Positions 63,662 through 64,000 of a DNA stretch of 64,000 nt are shown one piece after another. The notes beneath the pieces were generated by a model that had not been told where the DNA came from, made no database searches, and saw only the letters and a list, made by a program, of their open reading frames with translations. The DNA is from Nemertoderma westbladi. Its lineage: Eukaryota > Animalia > Xenacoelomorpha. The translations under genes were made by a program, and so were the position numbers. Every line of letters begins with the position of its first letter. Positions within the stretch are counted from its first letter, which is position 1. The stretch covers positions 1-64,000 of the forward strand of contig JAUCBJ010001318.1 in assembly GCA_032718475.1 (NCBI GenBank), written 5' to 3'.

Positions 63662-64000
63662 ATCGGCCCAAACGCGAATAAATTCATCTAAATGATGCGG
63701 CCCGAGAATAGATTCGTCTCTCGTCAAATATTCGAAGTTATCCATAATTACAGCAACAAATAAATTTAACATCTGCATAAAATATAAATATAAAAATATG
63801 TGTGTTAGGTTGTATGACAATGGTTAATGTTGTTTTATCATAATCTGGTTATTTTCTATAAATTAATTAGGTTATAAGTAGCATGTAACAATGATATAAG
63901 TAAAGCGATGTGTTTAATATAAAGATAATAAAGATGTTTTAAATGAATAAGGAAGTGTCAGGGGAAAGTATGATTGGATCTGCTTAAATCTAAATAAAAA

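Overview
Repeat-rich animal genomic DNA; the spliceosomal introns and TE content fit an invertebrate, but the species is not determinable. The right half (33.4-60.8 kb, minus strand) holds the 3' exons of a Cav2-type voltage-gated calcium channel alpha-1 gene (EF-hand, pre-IQ, IQ, RxLPxTP motif, terminal EEEWC). Its introns are inflated by three satellite arrays, RTE LINE fragments, a SINE and a hAT element. The far left holds the start of a small single-pass membrane protein gene with a KCNE-like layout. Between them lies a nested transposon pile centred on a young 12.3-kb BEL/Pao LTR element (18339-30632, 1225-bp LTRs, TSD TCCTC). That element is the most interesting object. Its single intact 1474-aa ORF keeps Gag and protease but has lost RT, most of RNase H and integrase in frame. 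It has no tRNA-type TGG primer-binding site; instead the 12 nt directly after the 5' LTR are exactly complementary to a 12-mer inside its own LTR, the hallmark of Tf1-style self-priming. Its 3' region also carries a long G.U-rich RNA hairpin. All calls were made by eye, without database searches.
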